Positions 52,194-64,000 of a stretch of DNA of 64,000 nucleotides are shown here, piece after piece; the stretch's first letter is position 1, and every line of letters starts with the position of its first letter. Source of the DNA: Squalus acanthias (Eukaryota). Under the pieces are notes generated by a model, which did no database searches, was not told the DNA's origin, and saw only the letters and a program-made list of their open reading frames with translations. The position numbers and the translations under genes were made by a program. The stretch lies in assembly GCA_030390025.1 (NCBI GenBank), contig CM059433.1, positions 5,952,001 through 6,016,000 on the forward strand. The letters run 5' to 3'.

Positions 52194-52809
52194 GCCTGGA
52201 GGTAGTTGCGAAAGAAGGAGATGAGGAGAGAGAAAACACAATACAAAAGCTAGAGCTGATTTTAATCATTTATAAAAATGGACCGAATATAACACTAACC
52301 GTTTACATATTTTTGTCCATGGACGAACAAAATGCTGCCAATTAATTCTCCCCTGAGGCTAACGGAACAGACTGCTGCTGATTGGAGACAAAGAGCTAGT
52401 GACACTTTCAGAATGAGGCCTGTATGGGAGGGGAAGGCGATGCCATGTGACCCAGGCAGCTCCTGGAGGGCACTGAGTTCAAAGGGACGGTGAACCCAAG
52501 GTCTCTTCCTCCTCCCGTGTTCCCTCCGCCCCGTCCTCTCCCCATTTTAGATGCTGTCTTATTACAGATGTTAAAATATGAGGACATTCACTGTATTTCC
52601 CACTCCATGAAAAAAAAATAACAATGTGGGATTTTAAACATCTTTCGGTGTTACATTTCATACTTCATGTACAGATTGTGGACTTTGAGAAATACTTCAC
52701 TGTAAAAATCTGTTTCATGTAACAATTAAAAAATTGTATTTACCTACTTGTTGGTCAATGTTTTCATTTCATACTTTCATCTCATCAACTTATGTAAATA
52801 TTCAATATT

Positions 52810-53140
52810 TATCAACACAGATAAATGTGAGGTATTACATTTTGGTAAGAAAAATAAGGAGGTCACATATTACTTGGAAATAACGAATCTAAATGGGGTA
52901 GAAGAGAAAAGGGATCTCGGAGTACAAATACACAAATCACTGAAAGTAGCGACACAGGTTAACAAGGCCATAAAAAACGCAAGCACTGGGGTTTATTTCT
53001 AGAGGGATTGAATTGAAAAGTAGTGAAGTTATGCTAAACTTGAATCGATCCTTGGTTGGACCACACTTGGAGTACTGCATACAATTCTGGACACCATATT
53101 ATAAAAAGGATATAGAGGCACTGAAGAGGGTGCAAAAAAT
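52810..53140 (+). mobile_element. Degenerate CR1 RT C-terminal fragment
   Basis: DKCEVLHFGKKN, DLGVQIHKSLK, PHLEYCIQFWTP. Confidence 0.8.
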
Positions 53141-53179
53141 GATGAGTAAAACATTAGAGCTGAAGGACAGGCTAGGGGG

Positions 53180-54798
53180 TGTGGCCCAAATAAGGGTTCT
53201 TTACACAAATGCACAGAGTATAAGGAATAAATTGAATGAACTGCAGGCATGAATTCAAATTGGAGGGTATGACATTGTAGCTATTACTGAGACATGGCTG
53301 CAAGACGGTCAGGACTGGGAACTAAATATACCAGGTTATAAGGTCTACAGGGAAGATAGGGAAAATGGCAGAGGGGGAGGAGTAGCCTTAAGTGATTAAG
53401 GATGAAATCACTTCAATGATAAGAGAGGATTTAAGGAGAGGTAAGCAGGCAGTGGAGACGTTATGGGTTGAATTATGAAATAAAGGATCTAAGACTGTAG
53501 TGGGAGTTGTGTATAGGCCCCCTGGTAGCAGCTCTGAAGTGCTACATTGTATAAATGAAGAGATTAGACAATCGTGTAGCAAAGGCAGAGTGTTTTTAAT
53601 GGGAGATTTTAACTTTCATAGATTGGGAAAAGCAAACTAGCACCTGTCAGAAAGGTAGTGAATTTCTTGAGTGTGTCCGGGATAGTTTTCTACAACAATA
53701 TGTCCTAGAGGCAACAAGGGGACAAGTCATATTAGATTTAGTAATGAGTAATGAGCCAGATTTAGTTAACAGCCTAACTGTGCGTGAACATTTATCCAAT
53801 AGCGATCATAACATGATCGAGTTCAAAGTAGTGTTTGAAGGGGAGAAACACAAAACAGCCACTAAGATTCTAGATTTAGGTAAGGCCGACTTCAACGGGA
53901 TGTCCACAGTAAACTGGGCAAATCTGTCACTGGGTAAAACGACAGAAGATCAGTGGGAGATGTTTAAAAAATAATTTAAGGTGTTACAGAACCAGTTTAT
54001 ACCCCTGAGGGGCAAGAGCTCCACTTGCCAAAAAAGCCCATCCATGGACAACTAAAGAGGTAAAGGCCAGCATAAAACTATAAAGGAAAGGGCATACAAA
54101 AATGCAAAAAATAGCACAGATCCTGGCGAATGGGAAAGATACAAAGAACAGCAAAGGGTCACACAACAGTTAGTAAGAGCTACAAAAAGGGAGTATGAAA
54201 AGAAACTTGCAAGGGCTATCAAAATCAATGCGAAGAATTTTTACAATTACATTAGGAAAAAGAGGGTGGTCAGGAGCAAAGTTGGCCCCTTAAAAACAAA
54301 GTGGTGATATTGTCAATGACAATGGGGAAATGGCAGGCATGTTGAATAATTACTTTGCGTCAGTATTTACAGTAGAGAGAGGACAGCATGCTGGAAATTC
54401 TAAAGAAACTAATATTGAATCGGGGACAGGGACTCAATAAAATTAACGTAAGTAAAGCAACAGTGATGAAGAAAATAATGGCACTAAAGAGTGACAAATC
54501 CCCAGGACCAGATGGTTTCCATCCCAGGGTTTTAAAGGAACTAGGAGCACATTGCAGATGCCCTAACTATAATCTTCCAAAGTTCTCTAGATTCAGGAAC
54601 CGTCCTTTCTTTTGGAAAATTGTACATGTTACTCCGCATTTTAAGAATGGCGAGAGAGGGAAACCAGTGAATTATAAACCAGTTAGCCTAACATCTGTTG
54701 TCGGGAAATTGCTAGAGTCTATAATTAAGGATAGGGTGACAGAACACCTCGAAAATTTTCAGCTGATCAGAGAGAGCCAGCATGGATTTGTGAAAGGT
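53180..54798 (+). mobile_element. Degenerate CR1 ORF2 N-terminal part (APE endonuclease to start of RT)
   Basis: YTNAQSIRNK, IVAITETWL, YRPP, GDFN, SDHN, KSPGPDG, YKPVSLTS, QHGFVKG; multiple stops and frameshifts. Confidence 0.87.
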
Positions 54799-55905
54799 AC
54801 CATTAATTGGAGGGAAACTAAAATAAATCAAGGGAATGCACTTATTGTATTCAATATTAGTAATAAAATGGTAATGGAGAAAATAATGGGACTAGGATAG
54901 ATAAATCACCAGGACCTGATGGTTTCCATCCCAGGGTATTAAAAGAAGTGGGGAAATTGCAGAAGCATTAGCTATAATCATTCAAACTCTTGATTTGGGA
55001 ACTATGCTGTTAAACTCAAAAATTGCAAATGTCAGTCCATTATTTAAGAAGGGTGGGAGAGAGAAACCAGGTAACTACAGGCCTGTGAATTTAAAATCAA
55101 TTGTGGGGACGCTACTAGAATCTCTCATTAGGGATAGAGTGACTGAGCACTTGTCCAAATATGAGCTGATCAGAGAGAGCCAGCATGGTAAGACTTGGGT
55201 TGGAAGTTGGTTGGGAGGTAGGAGACAGTGATTGGGGATAAAGGGTTTGTACTCAGATTGGCAGAACGTGACAAGTGGATCTGTTCTGGAGCCTCAACTT
55301 TTTCCCATATTTATTACTCACTTGGATCAAGGAATAGAGCTGTATATCCAAGTTTCCAGATGACACTAAAGTTAGAGACACACAGTAAGTAGTGCAGCTG
55401 GGAGCAGTAAGTTGTAAAACTATGACAGATGGACAAGTGTGAGGTCATCCACTTTGGACCTAAGAAAACTACATTTTCCAAATGTTGGGAAACTAGGAAC
55501 TGTAGAGGAGCAAAGAGATTTGGGAGTCTAACTCCACAAACCATTTAAAACTAGTCGACAGGTACAAAAAGCAATAAATAAGGCCAATGGAAATTTGGCC
55601 TTTATCTTAAGATGGCTGGATTACAAATAGGAAGAGTTGTAATCTTAAAATTTGTCCATTTAGGATGAAAATCATGAAGTACCTTTTCACACAAGGTATT
55701 AGAAATCTGGAATTCTCTCCCCAAAGGGCTGTGGATTCTCGGACAAGTGGAGCTTTTAAGACTGAGATCGATAGATTTTAGTTGGGAAAGGCTAACAAGG
55801 GACATGGAGCAAAGGTGGGTAAATAGATTTGAGGCACAGATCAGCAATGATCTAATTGAATGGCATTGGAGGCTGGAGGGGCTGAATGGCCGACTCCTGT
55901 TCCGA
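54799..55905 (+). mobile_element. Degenerate, internally deleted CR1 copy
   Basis: [31 protein letters not shown] and a CR1-type 3'UTR (GGCTGGAGGGGCTGAATGGCC). Confidence 0.8.
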
Positions 55906-57210
55906 TCTTCCTTTCAATCTGCTTGGTTTCCAGTCAGGTTTTGTCAGGAGTAATAAAAATTCTTCATTCTTAATTCTGTTTCAGGGATTTCAAAACATCG
56001 GTCATTTTCACGAAGGACTCGTCGCAGAATTCATTAAGATCTTGGAGCAAGACAATCGATCCTTCGATAAGAGTTCCTTTTACATCTATTTTTCCAGCTT
56101 ACGTGGGTTAGTTGCCTTTTTAAAGAAAGATGAATGAAACTTTTCTGAAAGGTTCTGTTACCGTTACAGACATCAAACAGTGAGCTGTACTTAACTCTAT
56201 TCTTAACCTCCTTTGACCTCCCACCTAGTACACATTGGATTTAACCCTGTGCATGTGGCAGTGTTGGGATTTTGAACGATTCCCCCCAGGCCCCATCTCC
56301 AGAGCCCTGTGCATGGTGACCCTGTTTATAAATACTGCCCTCTACTGGCAGTTGGCAGTTTTTCTCTCCCACCCACACTGCTGCACTGTGAGCTGGAGCT
56401 TCTTCATTCACAATTAGTCAGCTCCGTTAACTCCAACACTGAGGTTTTCTTTCCCATTTTCTGGTCTGTATTTTACATTCAGTGTTCACATTATTTGGTT
56501 TTGTGCGATGAGTCTAAACAACGGCTCTTTCCAGGTGCCCAGTTCAATGTATCACCTCTTATCGTCCTGTGGCAGATAGTCCCTGGTTTTCACCAGGGGG
56601 TGGATCTCCTTCTCATTCCCCAGATGAAATATGTTGGGGAGCCACGTGGTCTTCCACCCACACGTTAACCAGACATTCGGCTCCGGCCCTGGCAGATCGG
56701 ACTGCCCCGGCAGAGGAGTCCTGGCTGCTGTTGTTCCTTTTAATATTGTTTATAATTAGGTGCCCCCTTCAATTCCAAGTTATTTGCCAATGTCCCAGAT
56801 TCATTGCTGACCGACCACCTCTGAGGGGCAGCTTTGGTGATCTACCAGTTGTGTAAGTGCGGAGAAACCACACTGAAGGATAAAGGAGAATTACTCAGCC
56901 AGTAATAGGAAGCTCCGCATTTAACCATTTCTGGTTAGAAATCTGGGAGTTTTGAAAAAAGAGCCATCAAGTCACAGATATTTGTTTAAAGTCTCCATAC
57001 TGCAAATACACAGGGCTAACCCCAGTTGTACATGGGTGGTCGGCCCTCCTTTGGGCAACAGGGATTAATCACTGCAGTAATTTCCCTTTTCTGTAACCTT
57101 GCTTTAAATGAATCGTGCACAGACTGAGATTGAGATGGTTTTGTTGCCAGATGTAATTCCAGGATGTTCTATCTTCAGGCAGCAATGGATTATGTTTATG
57201 TTTATCACAG

Positions 57211-57848
57211 TCATGCTGACCAGAAGATTTAAAGGTGATGTGAAAAGAGCCAATAGAAAATGGAAAGTGTTGCAGAGCACAGAGTATTGAAGTTGTGAAA
57301 TGTGAAATCATGGAGTGATCAGCGTGGGATCGTACCTGGGCTCTCTCACTCTGAGTTAGTTCCAGATTGAATTATTTAATTACAAGGGAATGTTTGAACT
57401 ATAAAGACACAGTGTGTTCACCATTTGTAAAACTTTGAGGCTTGAAAAATGTCCTGCCGTGTTTAAATTGTTCTCTCTCCTGTACTCTGAAATATAATGG
57501 GAAGGGACTGTATAACAGACCGTGTCGACTGCACGCTGTGCACTGTAGGAAAAGCAACACATTCACTGGAGAAACCTGCTAATGGGGACACCCTGTGTGT
57601 GGAGTAAAGTATTCCCTTTTCCTTGCATTCCTGATAATCAAACACTGGACATTGTGATGGGGATGAGTAGAAAGGTTGTTTCTCAATCCAGTTTGGTTTT
57701 ATGGAGAATGTATCCCATTGACAGACACAAATATTCACAGGGTGAGAGAGCCCAGGTACGATCCCACATCAATGCTCTGTGCTCGGCAACACTTCCCATT
57801 TTCTATTGGCTCTTTTCACATCATCTTTAATTGTTCTGATCAGCATGA
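57211..57848. repeat. Inverted repeat with ~110-bp arms (57211-57353 / 57738-57848)
   Basis: GATGTGAAAAGAGCCAATAGAAAATGG...GTGGGATCGTACCTGGGCTCTCTCAC is reverse-complemented in the right arm; the left arm carries a ~32-bp insertion. Confidence 0.85.
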
Positions 57849-57850
57849 TC

Positions 57851-59433
57851 CATATCTGCCTCCTCCTGAGGTCCCCACCATCACAGAAGCCAGTCTTCAG
57901 CCAATTGATTCAATCCTCGTGATATCAAGAAACGGCTGAGCGCACTGGATACAGCAAAGGCTATGGGCCCCGAAAACATCCCATCTGTCGTGCTGAAGAC
58001 TTGTGCTCCAGAACTAGCCGCACCTCTAGCCAAGCTGTTCCAGTACAGCTACAACACTGGCATCTGCCTGATAAAGTGTAAAATTTCCAAGGTGTGTACT
58101 GTCCACAAAAAGCAGGACAAATCCAAACCGGCCAATTACCGCCCCATCAGTCTACTCTCAATCATCAGCAAAGTGATGGAAGGTGTTGTTGACAGTGCTA
58201 TCAAGCAGCAATTACTCATCAAGAACCTGCTCACAAATGCTCAGTTTGGGTTCCGCCAGGAACACTCAGCTCCAGGTCTCATTACAGCCTTGGTCCAAAA
58301 AGAGCTCAATTCCAGAGGTGAGGTGAGAGTGAGTGCCCTCGACACCAAAGCAGAATTTGACTGGTTGTGGCATCAATGAGCCCTAGTAAAATTGAAGTCA
58401 TTGGGAATCACGGGTAAAACTCTTCACTGGCTGGAGTCATACCTAGCACAAAGGAAGATGGTTGTGGTTGTTGGAGGCCAATCATCTCAGCCCCAGCACA
58501 TCACTGCAGGAGCTCCTCAGGGCAGTGTCCTAGGCCGAACCATCTTCAGCTGCTTCATCAATGACCTTCCCTCCATCATAAGTTCAGAAATGGGGATGTT
58601 CGCTGATGATTGCACAGTGTTCAGTTCCATTCGCAACTTAAGTGGCAAGTAACATTCATGCCACACAAGTGCCAGGCAATGACCATCTCCAAGAGAAAGT
58701 CTAACCACCACCCCTTGACATTCAATGGCATTACCATCGTCAAATCCCCCACCAACAACATCCTGAGGGTCACCATTGACCAGAAACTTAACTGGACCAG
58801 CCACATAAATACTGTGGCAACAAGAGCAGGTCAGAGGCTGGGTATTCTGTGGCTAGTGTCTTACCTCCTGACTCCCCAAAGCCTTTCCACCATCTACAAG
58901 GCACAAGTCAGGAGTGTGATGGAATACTCTGCACTTGCCTGGATGAGTGCAGCTCCAGTAACACTCAAGAAGCTCCACACCATCCAAGACAAAGCAGCCC
59001 GCTTGACTGGCACCTCATCCACCACCTTAAACATTCACTCCCTCCACCACTGGCGCACCGTGGGTGCAGTGTGTACCATCTACAAGATGCACTGCAGCAA
59101 CTCGACAAGCCTTCTTCGAAAGCACCTTCCAAACTCGCGACCTCTACCAGCGAGAAGGACAAGTGCAGGAGACGCATGGGAACACCATCACCTTCAAGTT
59201 CCCCTCCAAGTTACACACCATCCTGATTTGGAGATATATCGCTGTTCCTTCATCGTCATTGGGTCAAAATCCTGGATCTCCCTCCCTAACAGCACTGTGG
59301 AAGTACTTTCACCACAAGGACTGCAGCGGTTCAAGAAGGCGGCTCACCACCACCTTCGCAAGGGCAATTAGGGATGGGCAATAAATGCTGGCCTTGCCAG
59401 CGATGCCCACATCCCAGGAACAATTAAAAAAAA
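57851..59433 (+). mobile_element. 5'-truncated LINE family L (CR1/L2 group), RT to 3' end
   Basis: NYRPISLLSIISKVME, QFGFR, PQGSVLG, FADD, YKAQVRSVMEY; 3' stem-loop GGGATGGGCA-ATAAATGCTGGCCTTGCCAGCGA-TGCCCACATCCC followed by an A-run. Confidence 0.9.
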
Positions 59434-59439
59434 CTACTT

Positions 59440-60680
59440 CTCTGCGTTGAATTTTATCTGTCATGTGTCCTCCCATTCTACCAGCCTGTCAATGTATTCT
59501 TAAAGTCTATTGCTATCTTCCTCGCTGTTTACTATATTTCCAAGTTACATGTCATCTGCAAATTTCGAATTGTGCACCGTACCCCCAAGTCCAAATCATT
59601 AATGTATATCAAAAACAGCAGTGGTCCCAGTATTAAACCTTGGGGAACGCCACTGTATACCTCCCTCCAGTCCGAAAAACAGCCATTCACCACAACTCTC
59701 TGTTTTCTATCCTTTAGCCAATTTTGTATCCATGTTGCTACTGCCCCTTTTATCCCATGGGCTTCAATTTTGATAAAAAGCCGAATATGTGGTACTTTAT
59801 CAATCACCTTTTGAAAGTCCATGTACACAACATCAACTGCACTGCCCTCATCCAAACTCTCTGTTACCTCATCAAAAAATTCAATCAAGATAGCCAAACA
59901 CGATTTGCCCTTAACTAATCTGTGCTGGCTCTCCTTTATTAGCCCATGCGTGCCCATTTTCTCCCGAATTATTATTTCTAAAAGCTTCCCCACCACCGAC
60001 GTTAAACTGACTGGCCTATAATTGCCAGGTTTATCCTTCTCCCCTTTTTGAACAAGGGTGTAACATTTGCAATCCTCCAGCCCTCTGGCACCACCCCTGT
60101 ATCTAAGGAGGATTGGAAGGTTGTGGCCAGTACCTTCGCAAAATCTACCCTTACTTCTCTCAGCTACCTAGGATGCATCCCATCATTCCGGGTGACTTAT
60201 CCACTTTAATTACCGCCAGCCTTTCTAGTAGTTCCTCTTTATCTATTTTTATCTCATCCAGTATCACAGCAACCTCCTCGTTTCCCATAGCTTTGGCAAA
60301 GTCCTCTTCCTTGGTAAACTCCGATGCAAAGTACTCATTTAGTACCTCCTGCCTCCACCAATAGTTCTCCATTTTGGTCCCTAATCGGCCTCACTGCTCC
60401 TCTGACAACCCTTTTACTGTTAATATCCCTATAGAAGACCTTTGAATTCCCTCTTATGTTAGCCGCCTATCTATTCTCGTATTCTCTTGGTCACTCTTAT
60501 TTACTTTATCACTTGTCCTCTGTACTTTTTCTTCTCAGCCTGATTCTCCCTTGTTATTATCAAGCTGACATCTGTCATGTGCCCCCTTTATCTGCTCCAT
60601 CCTACTCTCTAACTCCCCAGTCATCCAGGGAGCTCTGGCTTTGGTTGCCCTCCCTTTCCCCCTTGTGGGAACGTATCTAG
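59440..60680 (-). mobile_element. Degenerate CR1 RT fragment
   Basis: Minus strand: LNEYFASEFTKE, DKSPG, GKSCL, VYMDFQK, SGVPQG, IYINDL. Confidence 0.87.
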
Positions 60681-60775
60681 GGAGGGAAAATGCTAGAATC
60701 TATTATTAAGGACGTAGTAATGCAGGGCACTTAGAAAATAATAATATGATTGGGCAGAGTCAACATGGTTTTTGA

Positions 60776-60916
60776 GATGCTCCTTAAAACCTACATCATC
60801 TGTCCTTATATCTCCTCATGTGACTCGGTGCCACATTTTGTTTGATAACACTCCTGTGAAGCAAATTGGATCATTTTACTATGTTAAAGGCACTATATAA
60901 ATGCAAGTTGTTGTTG
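60776..60916 (+). mobile_element. L2-type LINE 3' end
   Basis: Ends AAAGGCACTATATAAATGCAAG(TTG)n, a typical L2-type tail. Confidence 0.6.
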
Positions 60917-60920
60917 CTTT

Positions 60921-61204
60921 AGTGGTGTTGGTTGAGAGATTAACATTGGCCAGGATACCGTGAGAGCTCCCCTGCTCTTTTTTGAATAGTGCCATGGGAT
61001 CTTTTATATCCACCTGAGAGGGGAGATGAGGAGTTGGTTTAATGTCTCATCTGAAAGACGGCACCTTTAACAGTGTAGCACTCTCTCAGTACTGCACTGG
61101 AGTGTCAGCCTGAATTACACGCTCAACTCTCTGGAAGGGAATGTGGACCCACGATCTTCTGACTCAGAGGTGAGAGTGTTACCAACTGAGCTACAGCTGA
61201 CACA
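60921..61204 (-). mobile_element. tRNA-derived SINE with Deu-type core
   Basis: Minus strand: A-box TAGCTCAGTTGGT, degenerate B-box, then GTGCAGTACTGAG...GGTGCCGTCTTTCAGATGAGAC, resembling the DeuSINE central domain (recognised from memory). Confidence 0.7.
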
Positions 61205-61609
61205 TGGTTCTGGAGTTAGGTTCTGGAATACCACACTTGCCCTTGGTTTAATGTGTAATATATGTGGGTAGAACAAACGAAGGACAGAGACAGGATGAGT
61301 TGTTAGTCCATGTGCTTGTTTACTAGGCCAGAGCGAACTGAGCATGCTCATACTAGACCATGTGACAAACCATGTGATAATACATTACATAATGAATACA
61401 TCGACTCCTTCCTATCGCCCAAAGAGTGTCCCAAGGAATTAGGGAGTAAATTTCACGTAAATTCAAAGGTCACAGCACCACATGGTGTGTGAGGAAGAGA
61501 GACAGGCAGAAGAAGGAAAAAAACCAACAGGGTTAGCAAAGTAGTCTGTGTGATTGTCTATGGTTTGGGGTTTACGGGTGTCAGCTTAGCTCGGATCTCC
61601 TGCAGATTC

Positions 61610-61780
61610 TGGTTCCAGGCGAGTGCAGTCCCACCCAGCTGGACGACGGTGGAGAGTTGTTGGAGAAGGATGGAGTGGTCAACCATGTCAAAGGCCATGT
61701 CAAACCATGTACAGGTCGAGAAGGTCGAGGAGCAATAGTTTACCTTTGTCACAGTCACACAGGATGTCATTTGTGACTGC
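61610..61780 (-). mobile_element. L2 LINE RT fragment
   Basis: AFDMVDHSILLQQLSTVVQLGGTALAW. Confidence 0.7.
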
Positions 61781-62473
61781 CTTTCCTAATTGGGCTACTA
61801 ATTGTGGGAACAACAAAAACTATAAGGAACAATTGATCTCAAAGGAAATTCCGTGTAGTATGATTGAAGGTCTTTATTTAATCAGATCAAAAAGGGGTTA
61901 AATGATTGGTTCCCAAATTTTATATTAGGCAAACAAATGAATATCTGGAAATCAAATGGGAATATGGTTTGGTGTAAGGTGCGAAGATTCGGATTGGTGT
62001 ATTAAGCCATGAAGCCTTGCAAACAAAGGGACATTATTTCGGAGGCAATAAAACTTCCATTTCCTGATACACATCACTAATTATGGGAATATTGCTGAGA
62101 TAATTTGATGATGGGACTGTATCAAGCCTCTCATTTAATGGACAAGCAGGAATGTATTTATCAATTCGATGAAAGATATTTTTTGGAACAGAAGGTAGAT
62201 TTTAACATAATTTCTTAAAGCAGGTTTTTCACTCTCTGTAAAACACGATTCAAATGTTTCCACAAGACACAAAATCTAACGTGATCATCAAACTAGCATT
62301 GACAAAATGTCTTTCCATCTCTTAGTGACAAAAGTAAAATGAGCTGGCACAAAAATGGCAGCAAACAGTGGGCTCCTGACCAATGCTCCCTCTAACGGCC
62401 GCGCAGCTCTCTGCCGGTCCAGCCCAGCCCGGGACCCGCTTTTCCAATGTTAAGTTTTGCACATGCGCAAAGT

Positions 62474-62575
62474 CGTATTTATTGCCCATCCCCAATAGCC
62501 CTCAGAAGGTGGTGGTGGGCCCTCTTCTTGAATTGCTGCAGTCCTTGTGTTGTTGGTGCTCCCACAATGGTGTTG
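62474..62575 (-). mobile_element. LINE family L 3'-end fragment
   Basis: Reverse complement matches ~59290-59386 (GGACTGCAG...GGGATGGGCAATAAAT). Confidence 0.7.
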
Positions 62576-62683
62576 GGTCGCGAAAAGCAGCTGAATATAA
62601 ATACAGCGAGGCACATGCCTCAATCAGAATGCCAGTCCAGCCTTCACTACAGAACTCATGTCTTCTTCTCTTCTCTCTCACAG

Positions 62684-62850
62684 GAGGAAGTGAGCCAGAA
62701 CCACCCAGAATCTCAGGTCATGAGTTGTGGTCCCTCTGGTAACAGACAGCTGACCCCTCATGAGGAAGAAGACTTGGTGATCCTGAGCAGCCGTGCAGCC
62801 GAGCCTGTTGGGCACACAGGCATTCCAGGGCCAGTGGTTGCTGCAGGTTT
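62684..62850 (+). pseudogene. Possible degenerate exon of a Harbinger-type Myb/SANT-like gene
   Basis: Strong polypyrimidine acceptor (TCTTCTTCTCTTCTCTCTCACAG) followed by EEVSQNHPESQVMSCGPSGNRQLTPHEEEDLVIL, resembling the 'TGGG...LTPxEE..L' motif. Confidence 0.3.
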
Positions 62851-63376
62851 TTCTGGATCATCTGCAGCTTGCCTGTGTAAAGGTTTGGGAGCGCAAACAA
62901 AGGTACAACACGATCAGGCACCTACAAAAACTACAGAGGACCGTCATGGTAACCGCCTAATTTCTTCCATCTCTCAAGTAAGTTTTTTGTTTTCCATGGG
63001 CAATTCTGTTCTGTTGCTGGTGGGACTCCCAATCTTTCTATGATTCTATGATTAAATCATATCTCGCCCAGTGCTGACACAGACACAAGGTCCAAATGGC
63101 TTCCTTCTGTGCTGTAAACCTGAATGGTTCTCTGGAGTTCCATGGTGATTCCAATGCTCTGACATTTGAGTTCTGAACATTTTAATAGCATTTTAAAATC
63201 ACCCTTACTCTATCAACCACCAGGCCATGGGAATAATCCTGGAGGACACAGATAGTTACATTGAGGGATTAACATTGGGTGCGATACAGCGCTCATCAAA
63301 AGACAACTTTGGTAAGGTACCAGCTGTGTAAATGCCAAATACTGAAGAAGGATTACTTATTCTAGGAATTCCCTGA

Positions 63377-63960
63377 TAGAATCATAGAATCGTACAGCAC
63401 AGAAGGAGGCCATTCAGCCCATCGTGCCTGTGCCGGCTCTTTGAAAGAACTATCCAATTAGTCCCACTGCCCTGCTCTTTCCACATAGCCTTGCAATTTT
63501 CTCCCCTTCAAGTATTTAACCAATTCTTTTTGAAAGTTACAATTGAATCTGCTTCCACCATCCTTGCAGGCTGTGCATTCCAGGTCATAATAACTCGCTG
63601 CATAAAAAAAATTCTGCAAATCTAACCTCTGACTCTTTTGCCAATTTCCTTAAGTTTGTGTCCTCTGATTATCGACCCTTCTGCCAGTGGAAACAGTTGC
63701 TCCTTATTTACTCTATCAAAACCCTTCATGATTTTGAACGCCTCCATTAAATCTCCCCTTAGCTTTCTCTGCTCTAAACTGAACAATTCCAGCTTCTCTA
63801 ATCTCGCCACCTAACTGAAGTCCCTCATTCCTGGTACCATTCTAGTAAATCTCCTCTGCACCCTTTCCAAGGCTGTGACATCCTTCCTAAAGTGTGGGGC
63901 CCAGAATTTGAGACAATACTGCAGCTGAGGCTGAATCTGGTGATTTATAAAGGTTTCTAT
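63377..63960 (-). mobile_element. CR1 3' end
   Basis: RLEKLELFSLEQRKLRGDL...RGHKLK; tail (ATTCTATG)n on the minus strand at 63377-63395. Confidence 0.85.
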
Positions 63961-64000
63961 TACATTACATAGAATTACACGACATGTACAGCACAGAAAC

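Noticed and set aside
55984..56860. Possible host exon(s) in non-repeat sequence
   Set aside because: An acceptor-like site exists at ~55984, but no frame on either strand gives a recognisable protein and the minus frames contain stops.

Overview
Eukaryotic, almost entirely transposon-derived DNA. The CR1 tails and a Deu-domain SINE point to a vertebrate, probably a cartilaginous fish (inference). No intact host gene, RNA gene or CRISPR array was found. Bases 1 to ~51,390 are the right-hand end of a tandem macrosatellite. Each unit is [dead CR1 'B'] - [antisense fragment of a second CR1/L2-group LINE, 'L'] - [left part of a 766-bp TIR element rich in hairpins, with promoter-like motifs and three perfect splice donors] - [5'-truncated CR1 'A' with an open RT frame]. 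Periods are ~5.0 kb for full units and ~4.53 kb for four consecutive deletion units. The terminal unit (43,455-50,320) preserves an older ~5.4-kb architecture plus a private solo LTR, so the array history can be read as 2.65 -> 5.42 -> 5.01 -> 4.535 kb. Both array-reshaping breakpoints inside the TIR element fall in hairpin loops. The remaining ~12.6 kb is a patchwork of decayed CR1 and L2-group LINEs, a SINE, an inverted repeat and a possible Harbinger Myb/SANT remnant.
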